DNA from: Macrostomum hystrix
Lineage: Eukaryota; Animalia; Platyhelminthes
Reading direction: 5' to 3'
Assembly: GCA_950097015.1 (NCBI GenBank)
Contig: CATNEN010000041.1
Span: 3,162,001-3,226,000, forward strand
DNA length: 64,000 bases
The notes under the pieces were generated by a model. The model was not told where the DNA came from, ran no database searches, and saw only the letters and a program-made list of their open reading frames with translations. The first letter of the stretch is position 1. Every line of letters starts with the position of its first letter. Shown here in pieces: positions 1 through 10,867 of this stretch. The position numbers and the translations under genes are program-made.

Positions 1-200
1 TCGATGTAAAGAATTTCCTGAAAATGTATTATTTGTAGACACGAATTGGCTGGAGCTCGGGAAATCAAGCATTTCCCTGCGAGAGAAAGTCTACAGACAG
101 CCAGCATCTACACGTACAAAAAGGAGGCCTCTTTATCTACAATTCGCGACAGCGAGTGCGCATGTACTTTCTCTATAGTGCAAAAGGACACAGTTAACGA

Positions 201-1508
201 TCAGCTGAATTCACTCGCCTGCCGGCCTCCTCGGCTCACCGCTGCGCCGAGGGTAGCAGCCGACGCCTGTTGCTGCTGCTGCTGTTGATGAGAGCTGACT
301 GGTGGACCCGTCCGCCCACTCTTAAGCATCCAGGAGGCCCGGAGTTCGCGCCCTCCGTCGGACCTCTCGAATGAAACTGCTGCTCCGACGTCGTGAGAGT
401 TGTCGACACCGCTGCCACCGCCTGCGCCTGGATTCTGGAAGAATACCAGAGGCTCCAGTTCCTGATGCTGCTCATGATGAAGATGCCGGTGATGGTGCTG
501 GTGATGCTGGAGGAAATTTTGCAGCTGCTGCTGGCGCTCAGAGCAGCCGCCCGAGCTGCCGCCGCTCACCCGGTCGGCGCCGATACCGCCTCCTGCGATG
601 CCGGCTCCTGTTGATGCTCCGCCACCGACTGCGCTGGCGCTCTCGTGGCTGGCTCGTCGGCGAGCGGTGGAGGCAATCGAGATGAGGCTGCCCTTCCGCT
701 TGGCAGCGTCGATGGCCTCCATGCGGCGCTGGGCCTTCTCCCGGCGCGACTGCTCCTTATAGTACTCGGCGAAGTTGTTGACGATAATAGGTATCGGCAG
801 GGCCACCACGAGAACGCCGCAAATGCAGCAGACGCTGCCCACAAGCTTGCCAAGGAAGGTCTTTGGCACAATGTCACCATAGCCAACTGTTGTCATGGTG
901 ATGGCAGCCCACCAGAATGTGGCGGGGATGGACTTAAAGGGATTCGGCTTATCTCCTTCGCCTGGTTCGTCCTTCTCGGCGAAGTAGGCAAGGCTGGAGA
1001 AGAGCAGGACGCCCAGCAGCACGAACATGATGAGCAGTCCCAGCTCCTTGTAGCTGCGCCTGAGCGTGTAGCCCAGCGACTGCAGGCCGGTGGAGTGTCG
1101 GGCGAGCTTCAGGACACGCAGGATGCGCAGGATGCGGAAGATCTGCACGATCTTGCGCACGGAGGTCAGCGAAGTGTACGAGTCGCCGCTGCTATCGTCC
1201 TGCAGGCTGCGCATGAGGATGAGGGACAGGTAGTACGGCACTATGGCGATCAGGTCGATCACGTTCATGGGCCCCTTTAGGAACTTGCAGGTGTCAGGCG
1301 AGGCCCAGAGCCGCAGCACGTACTCCAGGGTGAACCACACGATGCAGACCGCCTCCACGATCTCCAGCTTGGGGTTGTCCTCCATGGTGTACACCGGGGT
1401 GCTGTTGGCGACAGTCTTTGTGTGGTTTAGCTGCAGCTCCGGGATCGTGTTCAGGGTCAGGCCTACCGTGGACAGCACGATGAACAGAATGGAGATTATC
1501 GCCACCAC
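201..1508 (-). CDS. Shab: Kv2/Shab voltage-gated K+ channel, exon 2 (S1-S6, pore, C-terminus)
   Basis: S4 [26 protein letters not shown], pore [14 protein letters not shown] and S6 [16 protein letters not shown] are typical Kv2 (KCNB) sequence. Acceptor ccgcag|GTG at 1509/1508, phase 0. Stop TGA at 203-201. Confidence 0.95.
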   Translation of the reverse strand: MVAIISILFIVLSTVGLTLNTIPELQLNHTKTVANSTPVYTMEDNPKLEIVEAVCIVWFTLEYVLRLWASPDTCKFLKGPMNVIDLIAIVPYYLSLILMRSLQDDSSGDSYTSLTSVRKIVQIFRILRILRVLKLARHSTGLQSLGYTLRRSYKELGLLIMFVLLGVLLFSSLAYFAEKDEPGEGDKPNPFKSIPATFWWAAITMTTVGYGDIVPKTFLGKLVGSVCCICGVLVVALPIPIIVNNFAEYYKEQSRREKAQRRMEAIDAAKRKGSLISIASTARRRASHESASAVGGGASTGAGIAGGGIGADRVSGGSSGGCSERQQQLQNFLQHHQHHHRHLHHEQHQELEPLVFFQNPGAGGGSGVDNSHDVGAAVSFERSDGGRELRASWMLKSGRTGPPVSSHQQQQQQQASAATLGAAVSRGGRQASEFS

Positions 1509-1910
1509 CTGCGGGTCGGCGACAGAATGGGTGGAAAACTGATAGCGAGTCCAAGAAGCTGGTTGCGTCATCTGCAGAGGCAGCTGAGAATTATCAGCCG
1601 ATAATCTCTTTCAGCTACAAAACTGGTCACAAAATTCATTCGTCCCGCTGCGTGATTCGATGCTGGAATGCTTGAATAACCAGTTACTCAGCGCACTTGG
1701 CATGATAGCTTTGTACTTTTAGCAAATATGTTCATCAGGTTGAACTATAAGTGCAGAGGAAATGCGGCCAGTGAAAGTGCATTTCAATGATCAGTAAAAA
1801 ATAGATCGGATGTCCCGATATCGCTGCCTCAGGTGGCTCGAATTCACGAACAACACTCAGGAAGTACATGTGTGCTGACTAACGAAAGGCATACAAACAG
1901 ATCTACCCGA

Positions 1911-2656
1911 GCCACTGCACTGACTCTCCAAGGGGCTAGCGAATCACCTCCCAACTGGCCGAGGTCTGCCACTGCACTGACTCTCCAAGGGGCTAGCGAA
2001 TCACCTCCCAACTGGCCGAGGTCTGCCAGTGCACTGACTCTCCAAGGGGCTAGCGAATCACCTCCCAACTGGCCGAGGTCTGCCAGTGCACTGACTCTCC
2101 AAGGGGCTAGCGAATCACCTCCCAACTGGCCGAGGTCTGCCACTGCACTGACTCTCCAAGGGGCTAGCGAATCACCTCCCAACTGGCCGAGGTCTGCCAG
2201 TGCACTGACTCACCAAGGGGCTAGCGAATCACCTCCCAACTGGCCGAGGTCTGCCAGTGCACTGACTCACCAAGGGGCTAGCGAATCACCTCCCAACTGG
2301 CCGAGGTCTGCCAGTGCACTGACTCACCAAGGGGCTAGCGAATCACCTCCCAACTGGCCGAGGTCTGCCAGTGCACTGACTCACCAAGGGGCTAGCGAAT
2401 CACCTCCCAACTGGCCGAGGTCTGCCAGTGCACTGACTCACCAAGGGGCTAGCGAATCACCTCCCAACTGGCCGAGGTCTGCCAGTGCACTGACTCACCA
2501 AGGGGCTAGCGAATCACCTCCCAACTGGCCGAGGTCTGCCAGTGCACTGACTCACCAAGGGGCTAGCGAATCACCTCCCAACTGGCCGAGGTCTGCCAGT
2601 GCACTGACTCTCCAAGGGACTAGCGAATCACCTCCCAACTGGCCGAGGTCTGCCAC
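1911..2656. repeat. 57-bp minisatellite, 13 copies (Kv2 intron)
   Basis: Unit gccagtgcactgactc(a/t)ccaaggggctagcgaatcacctcccaactggccgaggtct; period 57 read directly. Confidence 0.95.
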
Positions 2657-3036
2657 TGTGAGATGGGACCAAATCGAGCCACCCATAAACCATGGGTGCT
2701 TCAGGCTCAGAGAAGTCCTAATACAAAACGGATGTAGAAAGATGCAACCCGAAAACACTTGGGGCTTCTATATAAGGCCCGTAGATGCTATATATAGAAT
2801 CCCACTACCAGTGACCTTATATATCAGACATGGGACCCGGGACTTAGCTATCAGCAATAATTGGGTGCAAATTGGTCACAATACACGCATAAACCCAGCC
2901 GAGTTTCACACGAAATAAAGAGGCTAAAACAAAATACTCATGCAGGTCGAAAAAGTATGCCAAATATAGCTAAGTACGATATATTAATATATGTATGCAC
3001 TGGACAGAAAACGGCACAAATCTCACATCAAGGACA

Positions 3037-3540
3037 ACAGGAAACTGCAGTGGCTATCCCACACCGAATCCCACTTCCTGAGACCACAGGAAACTGCAGT
3101 GGCTATCCCACACTGAATCCCACTTCCCGAGACCACAGGAAACTGCAGTGGCTATCCCACACTGAATCCCAGCTCCTGAGACCACAGGAAACTGCAGTGG
3201 CTATCCCACACTGAATCCCACTTCCTAAGACCACAGGAAACTGCAGTGGCTATCCCACACTGAATCCCACTTCCTGAGACCACAGGAAACTGCAGTGGCT
3301 ATCCCACACTGAATCCCACTTCCTGAGACCACAGGAAACTGCAGTGGCTATCCCACACTGAATCCCACTTCCTGAGACCACAGGAAACTACAGTGGCTAT
3401 CCCACACTGAATCCCACTTCCTGAGACCACAGGAAACTACAGTGGCTATCCCACACTGAATCCCACTTCCTGAGACCACAGGAAACTGCAGTGGCTATCC
3501 CACACTGAATCCCACTTCCTGAGACCACAGGAAACTGCAG
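3037..3540. repeat. 49-bp minisatellite, ~10 copies
   Basis: Unit caggaaactgcagtggctatcccacactgaatcccacttcctgagacca. Confidence 0.95.
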
Positions 3541-4005
3541 CCGCATCCAGCTCTGAGCGGCTGAGGAGGAAGGCGTGCCCCCTCAGATTATCGGCCCCTT
3601 TTTAGCCTCCAAGCCAGCGGGAAATCATACCTAGCCTCATCTCTCCCAGCCTCATCTCTCCCAGCATCATCTCTCGCTCTCACTAGAGACGCGTCTTTAC
3701 AACCGTGAAGCCCGAACGCTAAAAATCCCATTTGGGCAATTCATATATGAAAGCGACTACTCAACGAGCTCAGGACAGCCCGTGCATGGAGTCGCAGCCA
3801 TGCGGCCAGTCACGCTTCGGCTTTTGCATTTGTCATTGCACAGCAGCGAGAAGCAGGGCCAGTGGGAGATTAATTTATAGCCGAGTGGCCATGCTGAACC
3901 GCTGGTCAGCCGATCCCCCCTCCCTACCGCCAAAATCCTCTAAATCGATCGGCTTCCCTGTCGGAAAGAGAGCCGGCTGCTCAGGGGCTGCAGTGAGTCG
4001 ATGCA

Positions 4006-4514
4006 GCCCTGACTCACTCGGACTCGACTTGACTGCAACAGAACCCCGATAATCCGGCCCTGACTCACTCGGACTCGGCTTAACTGCAACAGAACCCCGA
4101 TAATCCGGCCCTGACTCACTCGGACTTGACTTGACTGCAACAGAACCCCGATAATCCGGCCCTGACTCACTCGGACTCGACTTGACTGCAACAGAACCCC
4201 GATAATCCGGCCCTGACTCACTCGGACTCGACTTGACTGCAACAGAACCCCGATAATCCGGCCCTGACTCACTCGGACTCGACTTGACTGCAACAGAACC
4301 CCGATAATCCGGCCCTGACTCACTCGGACTCGACTTGACTGCAACAGAACCCCGATAATCCGGCCCTGACTCACTCGGACTCGACTTGACTGCAACAGAA
4401 CCCCGATAATCCGGCCCTGACTCACTCGGACTCGACTTGACTGCAACAGAACCCCGATAATCCGGCCCTGACTCACTCGGACTCGACTTGACTGCAACAG
4501 AACCCCGATAATCC
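4006..4514. repeat. 51-bp minisatellite, 10 copies
   Basis: Unit ccctgactcactcggactcgacttgactgcaacagaaccccgataatccgg. Confidence 0.95.
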
Positions 4515-4888
4515 ATCATAAATCTTGCTAGCCATTAACAATGGCTAATAAGCTAATCTCATACAACAGCAACACGCAGAACACTGCCCGCAGAAAATTT
4601 TAAATTAAAACGATACGCAAAAGGTATAAAAAATCAGACATAAAAGAAAAAAGTTAAAAAATCAATACGATATCGCAAAATGTTTTCATACTAACATTGC
4701 ATAGCACTGATTTGCTAATCTGCACAATTAGTAAACGTAAAGACACTAATTAAAAAATATTTGGATTAGCGAGGGGCGAATGTCGCGGAGTTTACCTGGT
4801 GCGTTTTCACGACTCTTCTGGTTGTGGCATCTTCCTGGGAGAGATGGAAGCAGGTGAGGGGAGCTAAATGGTCTAAGATTGGTTTGTT

Positions 4889-5383
4889 CTCAGTCTGTGG
4901 CTGCCCTGCTTTCAGTCTGTGGCTGCCCTGCTCTCAGTCTGTGGCTGCCCTGCTCTCAGTCTGTGGCTGCCCTGCTCTCAGTCTGTGGCTGCCCTGCTCT
5001 CAGTCTGTGGCTGCCCTGCTCTCAGTCTGTGGCTGCCCTGCTCTCAGTCTGTGGCTGCCCTGCTCTCAGTCTGTGGCTGCCCTGCTCTCAGTCTGTGGCT
5101 GCCCTGCTCTCAGTCTGTGGCTGCCCTGCTCTCAGTCTGTGGCTGCCCTGCTCTCAGTCTGTGGCTGCCCTGCTCTCAGTCTGTGGCTGCCCTGCTCTCA
5201 GTCTGTGGCTGCCCTGCTCTCAGTCTGTGGCTGCAACAGAACCCCGATAATCCGGGGTTCAGTCTCAGTCTGTGGCTGCCCTGCTTTCAGTCTGTGGCTG
5301 CCCTGCTCTCAGTCTGTGGCTGCCCTGCTCTCAGTCTGTGGCTGCCCTGCTCTCAGTCTGTGGCTGCCCTGCTCTCAGTCTGC
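4889..5383. repeat. 22-bp minisatellite, ~21 copies, interrupted at 5235-5260
   Basis: Unit ctcagtctgtggctgccctgct. Confidence 0.95.
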
Positions 5384-5923
5384 GGCAGCCTGTCGTCAGT
5401 CTGAGCTTCCTGTCAGGCCGTTTCCTGAGCCTCTGCTCTGTTCCGAGACGCGGGTGAAGGAAGGGCAGCGGCAGCCAGTGCTGCGACACAAACAGCTGCG
5501 GAGTCTAGACAGAAACTTAGCAGGCCGCATGATGGAGAGTTTGAGCGACACTGGAGCTGCTGGCTGCTGGGCGCACCTTGCTGTCTATAATTAATGAGTC
5601 TCAGGCTGAGAACAGGCCGTATGACAAATCAGAACAACCCCGTTTCCCCAAGCAGGTGCGCGTGGTGCAGAACTCTTGTCTGAGCCAGAAGGGACTCAAC
5701 TATACCTCTACTCAGGTGACTCCGCGTTTTATCGCGATTCGAAACTGCAAAAATTCGAACTGGGATCCAACTGACTGACTGAATGGCTGACTATGCGACT
5801 CGATAAATAAGTGATGGGCCTATAAGCGCCGCTTCAACCTCTGAATGCTTGCACTGGGATGGCCGGGGCACGGCAACGGCCGACTGATAAGGAAGGCACA
5901 CAAGACTGTGAGGAGCATTTCAA

Positions 5924-6108
5924 AGTGCTTAGGGCTGCCAGCGAGTGCGAGAGTGACTTTCCGAGTGCTTAGGGCTGCCAGCGAGTGCGAGAGTGACTTT
6001 CCGAGTGCTTAGGGCTGCCAGCGAATGTGACAGTGACTTTCCGAGTGCTTAGGCCTGCCAGCGAATGTGACAGTGACTGTCCGAGTGCTTAGGCCTGCCA
6101 GCGAATGT
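5924..6108. repeat. 40-bp tandem repeat, ~4.5 copies
   Basis: ccgagtgcttagg(g/c)ctgccagcga... recurs at 5961, 6001, 6041 and 6081. Confidence 0.9.
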
Positions 6109-6890
6109 AAGAATGCCTGTCAGATTGTCAAAGACGGGTAAAGTTGTCGGTGACTGACCCGGGCTTGGATGATGAGCATAGACGGCAAGATGGACAGCGC
6201 GGTGAACTGGGGAGTCTCTGCGTGTCCGTCTATTGCTGGCCTCGGTGAGTACTCGCTCTGCCCTGCGACAAAATAATTTTACGACTGCCGGACGTCGAGT
6301 GCGGGTGGATTTTATGGCTGCGCAGCCCGAGCTGCGGGCTCAATCGCCGCAGCTGCAAGTTGCGCTGACACCGAGTGATGGGCGCAAACAGAGCCAGCGA
6401 GATGAGCCTCATTATCGATTGAGTTTTTTGGCAGATCCCGGAATCCCCCGGAGACTCCGTGGGGGAGGTCGGGAGGCGGTCTCCAGTTCCGCTTTTTTCC
6501 CGCTTAGACTGGGGAACAGAAATCTGTTGAAAGTCCGCTAAATCAGAACGATTGAGGGCCCGCCTCTCATCTGCCATTCCATCTGTTGTCAGGGATGGCG
6601 CCTCCCCTCGGGGCGGGAATCTCCGAGCTTGGCTGGGAGAGTCGTGTTGACTGTTGATCAACTGAGCACTGCTCAAACAGGCAGCGATTATAACCGATAA
6701 TCGGGGCGGCCCTCAGCCACTTCTCAGTCGGCGACAAACAGACTGCAATTCTGAACCCACTGGCTCGAGGGAAAAATCGAATTCAGACCACTTTGAGCTG
6801 CCACAGATCGCGCTCGGTCTGTCTTCGCCATCGGGTTGAGCTTTGATCCCCGCTTGAGGAGCCTCTGGAGAACTGAAGTGAGTCACGGCC

Positions 6891-7030
6891 ACACGGACTG
6901 GAGTCACTGGTACACGGACTGGAGTCACTGGTACACTGGTACACGGACTGGAGTCACTGGTACACGGACTGGAGTCACTGGTACACGGACTGGAGTCACT
7001 GGTACACGGACTGGAGTCACTGGTACACGG
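6891..7030. repeat. 21-bp tandem repeat, ~6.5 copies
   Basis: Unit cacggactggagtcactggta. Confidence 0.9.
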
Positions 7031-8020
7031 TCTGTATTCGAAGTCTGGCATCAGAGGCACACAGAATCGCAGGATCAGTAGCCACAAGAGCTGTAGAATG
7101 CTTGACCCATTTGGCACAGACAGCGCACACATGCAGGCGCGGGCCAGCAAGGCTGCATGAGCCCGGAGTGTGAAGCGCTCTCAGGCGGCTCAGTCGGGGC
7201 GCAGGGCGGGGCTGGGTGGAGCTGGTCGCATAGGGAAGAGACTGTCGGTGATATTTGGGATTAATGGGATCAGGACTGCCCGGGTCCTGCTCAGAGTCGG
7301 CAAAATTGGCGCCCTCAATCAAAAGACGAAGGAGGCAATCTCGCGCTTGAAAAATGCAGAAAGAGGCGTGGTGCCGGGGTCCTAATTGCTTCCATCACAT
7401 TTTTCCTGCGTAGGATCTCGCTTTGAGGAAATTATCTCAGCCTCCTCGAGACCGGCAGAGAGCATCGCTTGAAAAATTGCTCAATTATTTGTGCCCTTTT
7501 CCCAGCAGTTTCGGTGGGAGAAATTCGACACAGAAGCGCTGCCTTTCGCGGTGGCAATGCCAGTTTTATGGCCTCAGAAACACGGCTGGCCGGATACTCG
7601 GTCGCTGCGTTTCCGGCTGCCTGGCGGGGGGGGGCTGGGCTGCGCCAGCCGGATCTGCTGGCTACGGGCTGCTCAGCAGATCTCCCTGCCCAGGTGATAA
7701 TGCGAGTCCGTACTGCCTGGGCTGGTGGCGAGGGAGGTGGCTGCTCTGAGCAGCTGAATAAACAGCGTGAGATCGGCTGGGCTTGAAACAGCTCCAAAAA
7801 TATCCCGTTCAAGGAGCGGTAAAGGCGAAGGCAGGAATTATGGCACGGTAGCTCAGGATTTGGCGCGCTGTCAGTCTGTTTGGCGAGTCTCGAATTCAGA
7901 GCAGAATTGCTTTTTGATTTGATGAGGAAACATTCCACATATGGTGACACGGTCTGAGGCGACCTGCTGGGCCAGGTGCTTAGCTCTGCTTCGCTGGCAA
8001 GTGCAGCCTGTCCGCTGGCG

Positions 8021-8165
8021 GACAGAAATACAGACTGACAGAAATACAGACTGACTGAAATACAGACTGACTGAAATACAGACTGACTGAAATACAGACT
8101 GACTGAAATACAGACTGACAGAAATACAGACTGACTGAAATACAGACTGACTGAAATACTGACAG
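8021..8165. repeat. 18-bp tandem repeat, ~8 copies
   Basis: Unit gaaatacagactgac(t/a)ga-type. Confidence 0.9.
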
Positions 8166-8621
8166 CCACGCAGAACTGGCAGACTGATTTACAGACCGAC
8201 AGACAGCCACGCAGAGCTGGCAGACAGCCAGGTCTGACAGGTTCTGAGCAAGCCGAGCACAGGATTCTAAATATCACAGTCGTATCTCTCTCTCCGCGCT
8301 CCAGCTTTTGTCTACCTCGTTCCTATCCTGTGTCCCCAAACCCGCCGCGGGACGGGAGCTGCACGGGCGCCACGGCCACCAGCCCAATGCCTGCCCCAGC
8401 AGCTCGCGCCAGCCTTCTTCTCCGAGAGTTCCTGTTGACACGCTGACAGTGCGCTGCGGCCTCCACCTTCCCTCTCCCTCCCGTGGCGGCCCGGCACTCT
8501 CTGGCAGGCGCGGGAAAGGATAATGAGATAGCGCAGTGCTGAGAAGAGGATTGGCGAAGGCTTGGCTCAATCCGCCACGGAGCAGAAGAGGTGAAAGGCG
8601 ACCGCGAGCATCCGCTGCTTC

Positions 8622-9120
8622 AGTAGCCTGAGTACAGCTGGAGACTGAGGCTTGAGTAGCCTGAGTACAGCTGGAGACCGAGGCTTGAGTAGCCTGAGTA
8701 TACCTGGAGACCGAGGCTTGTGTAGCCTTGGTACAGCTGGAGACCGAGGCTTGAGTAGCCTTGGTACAGCTGGAGACCGAGGCTTGAGTAGCCTTGGTAC
8801 AGCTGGAGACCGAGGCTTGAGTAGCCTGAGTACAGCTGGAGACCGAGGCTTGAGTAGCCTGAGTACAGCTGGAGACCGAGGCTTGAGTAGCCTGAGTACA
8901 GCTGGAGACCGAGGCTTGAGTAGCCTGAGTACAGCTGGAGACCGAGGCTTGAGTAGCTTGAGTAGCCTGAGTATAGCTGGAGACCGAGGCTTGAGTAGCC
9001 TTGGTACAGCTGGAGACCGAGGCTTGAGTAGCCTGAGTACAGCTGGAGACTGAGGCTTGAGTAGCCTTGGTACAGCTGGAGACCGAGGCTTGAGTAGCCT
9101 GAGTATAGCTGGACACCGAG
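8622..9120. repeat. 33-bp minisatellite, ~15 copies
   Basis: Unit gcttgagtagcc(tga/ttg)gtacagctggagaccgag. Confidence 0.95.
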
Positions 9121-10045
9121 GCGGCCTGACAGCCCAATCGACTGGGGCTTCAGCATTCGGGAGTGCAGCATTCAGGAATTTATATTCCACCGCGCATTGT
9201 AAAGCAGCGAGGAGGAAGCGAACCGCCAGCAGTGCAATGCTGCAGACCAATTAGGCAAGGAAGAAGCTCTTGGAGCCTGCCACGGCCTTGAACTGAGACA
9301 AATTATCATCAGCTTATGCCTCGCAAAGTTGCCAAACACTGGCTGCACTCTCTGCGGAAGCGGGCAGCTGTTTTACCTGGGGATCGAACCTTGACAGCAC
9401 CCTCTTACCCCACGGCACCCCAGACCAGGAAGCCCGGTTCCATTGCAGCAGGATAATTCGCGCAAATGTCAGCGAGCCGCAGGATGGGCAGCGCATCCAA
9501 CAGTTGCGGCACTGAGGAGAGGCGGGGCTGCTGCCAGGGTGGAGAAAGCACAGAGTGGCTGGTGATGAACGAGGCTGCAATCTCGTGGGCTGGTCAAATA
9601 ATCCCTTCTGGGGTAATAGTCCCTTCCCTCCTAACGGGAGAGGTGCGGGCTGATCTCGGGAACAATGCGGACTGGCCTTTGCACTGCTGCCGCTGTCTGT
9701 CCGGGCTGTCCTGGCCCAGCTCCCGCCCGCCTCCCTGGCGCGGCTCTGCAGTGCTTGGCTTGACAAAGTCGATCTATTTCTCAGCGGACAATATCTTGCG
9801 GGTTCCGCAACTATCGACCTGAACACGATCGACGAGTCAGTTCGCCCTGTGGCTCTGAGGCTCTATCGGGCGAGGACATCGGGTTAGGGGAACCGAATGC
9901 ATTTTAGCTATTGCCGCAACAGATTATTATTTCATATATTATCTATATGCTATACCGGTATAGTCCAAGAGTGCCAATGAACAGCGCTAATTAGGACGGC
10001 AGGACGAGCTGAGAGCATCGGCGAATGAAAACAACACCGACTCAC

Positions 10046-10867
10046 CCTTGCCAGAGTGGAGGTCTGCGGCTCCTCCAGTATGTTCCAGACGTGTCGCTTA
10101 AACTCGCCGTAGCGCCCGCTGCCGAAGTTGTGCTCCACGTTGCGCTGGTTCCATTTGACGGCCTCCATGTCCTTGCGGATCTCCTCCTCAGCCGTCTCCT
10201 TCTTCTGGTGGTACTTGTGCTGGCAGCAGAGGTCGAAGTAGTCCTCGGAGATGCCCCAGTACTTGAGCTCGGCGGCGTACGAGATCACGCAGGCGTCGTC
10301 GCTCATGTGCAGCTTGCCGGTGCGGTAGAAGTTCAGCACCGGGTGAAAAAACTTCGGGTGCCGGTCGAAGAAGAATTCATTGTCGCAGGCGTTGTAGTCA
10401 TCGCAGAGTTCCAGGATCTCCGCGGGGCTTCCGGCCAGCCGCAGCTGGCCCAGACGCGTCTTCGGCAGACGGTCCAGCGTCCGCCACAGAATCTCGTGCC
10501 GCTCTCCGCCAACGTTCAAAATTACTCGGCGAGGACCGACGCCAGCGTCGCTCGAACAGCGATGCTGCAGGTGCTGCTGCTGTGCTGTGAAATGCTGGGC
10601 CTGCAGCTCCTTGGAAGCTTCATCACCGATGCTGGCTTCCGCCGTCTGCTGCTGCTCCTGCATGACTGGCAGCCGCAATGGATCAGCTGCTGCTGCTGAT
10701 TCTGAAGTCTGCGTCTTCTGCTGATGCAGTTTCTGCTTGCGTTGCCTGCATTGGCTGCTCCTGGAGGCTTCGCTGCAAGAAGCGGCGGCTGCTTCGGCTG
10801 CTGCGTTGGCTCGGGCTGCAGCTGCGGTGGAGGAGTTTGTACAGCCCCCGCTGCGGGCAGCGAACAT
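10046..10867 (-). CDS. Shab: Kv2/Shab channel, exon 1 (Ala/Gln-rich N-terminus + T1/BTB domain)
   Basis: T1 domain RRVILNVGGERHE...EFFFDRHP...ELKYWGI...CCQHKY. Donor AGG|GTGAGT at 10046/10045, phase 0, joins exon 2 as QTSTLAR|[11 protein letters not shown]. Joined CDS is 709 aa. ATG at 10867 is the first in-frame Met; an upstream exon cannot be excluded. Confidence 0.92.

Noticed and set aside
645-1280. Plus-strand ORFs antisense to Kv2 exons (also 10025-10699)
   Set aside because: Shadow ORFs caused by GC-rich codon usage of the real minus-strand exons.
1833-9250. Long repetitive ORFs (1833-2918, 3875-4519, 4824-5594, 8274-9137, 8567-9250 etc.)
   Set aside because: They are translations of intronic minisatellites whose units lack stops; several frames are open and they lie inside the Kv2 intron.
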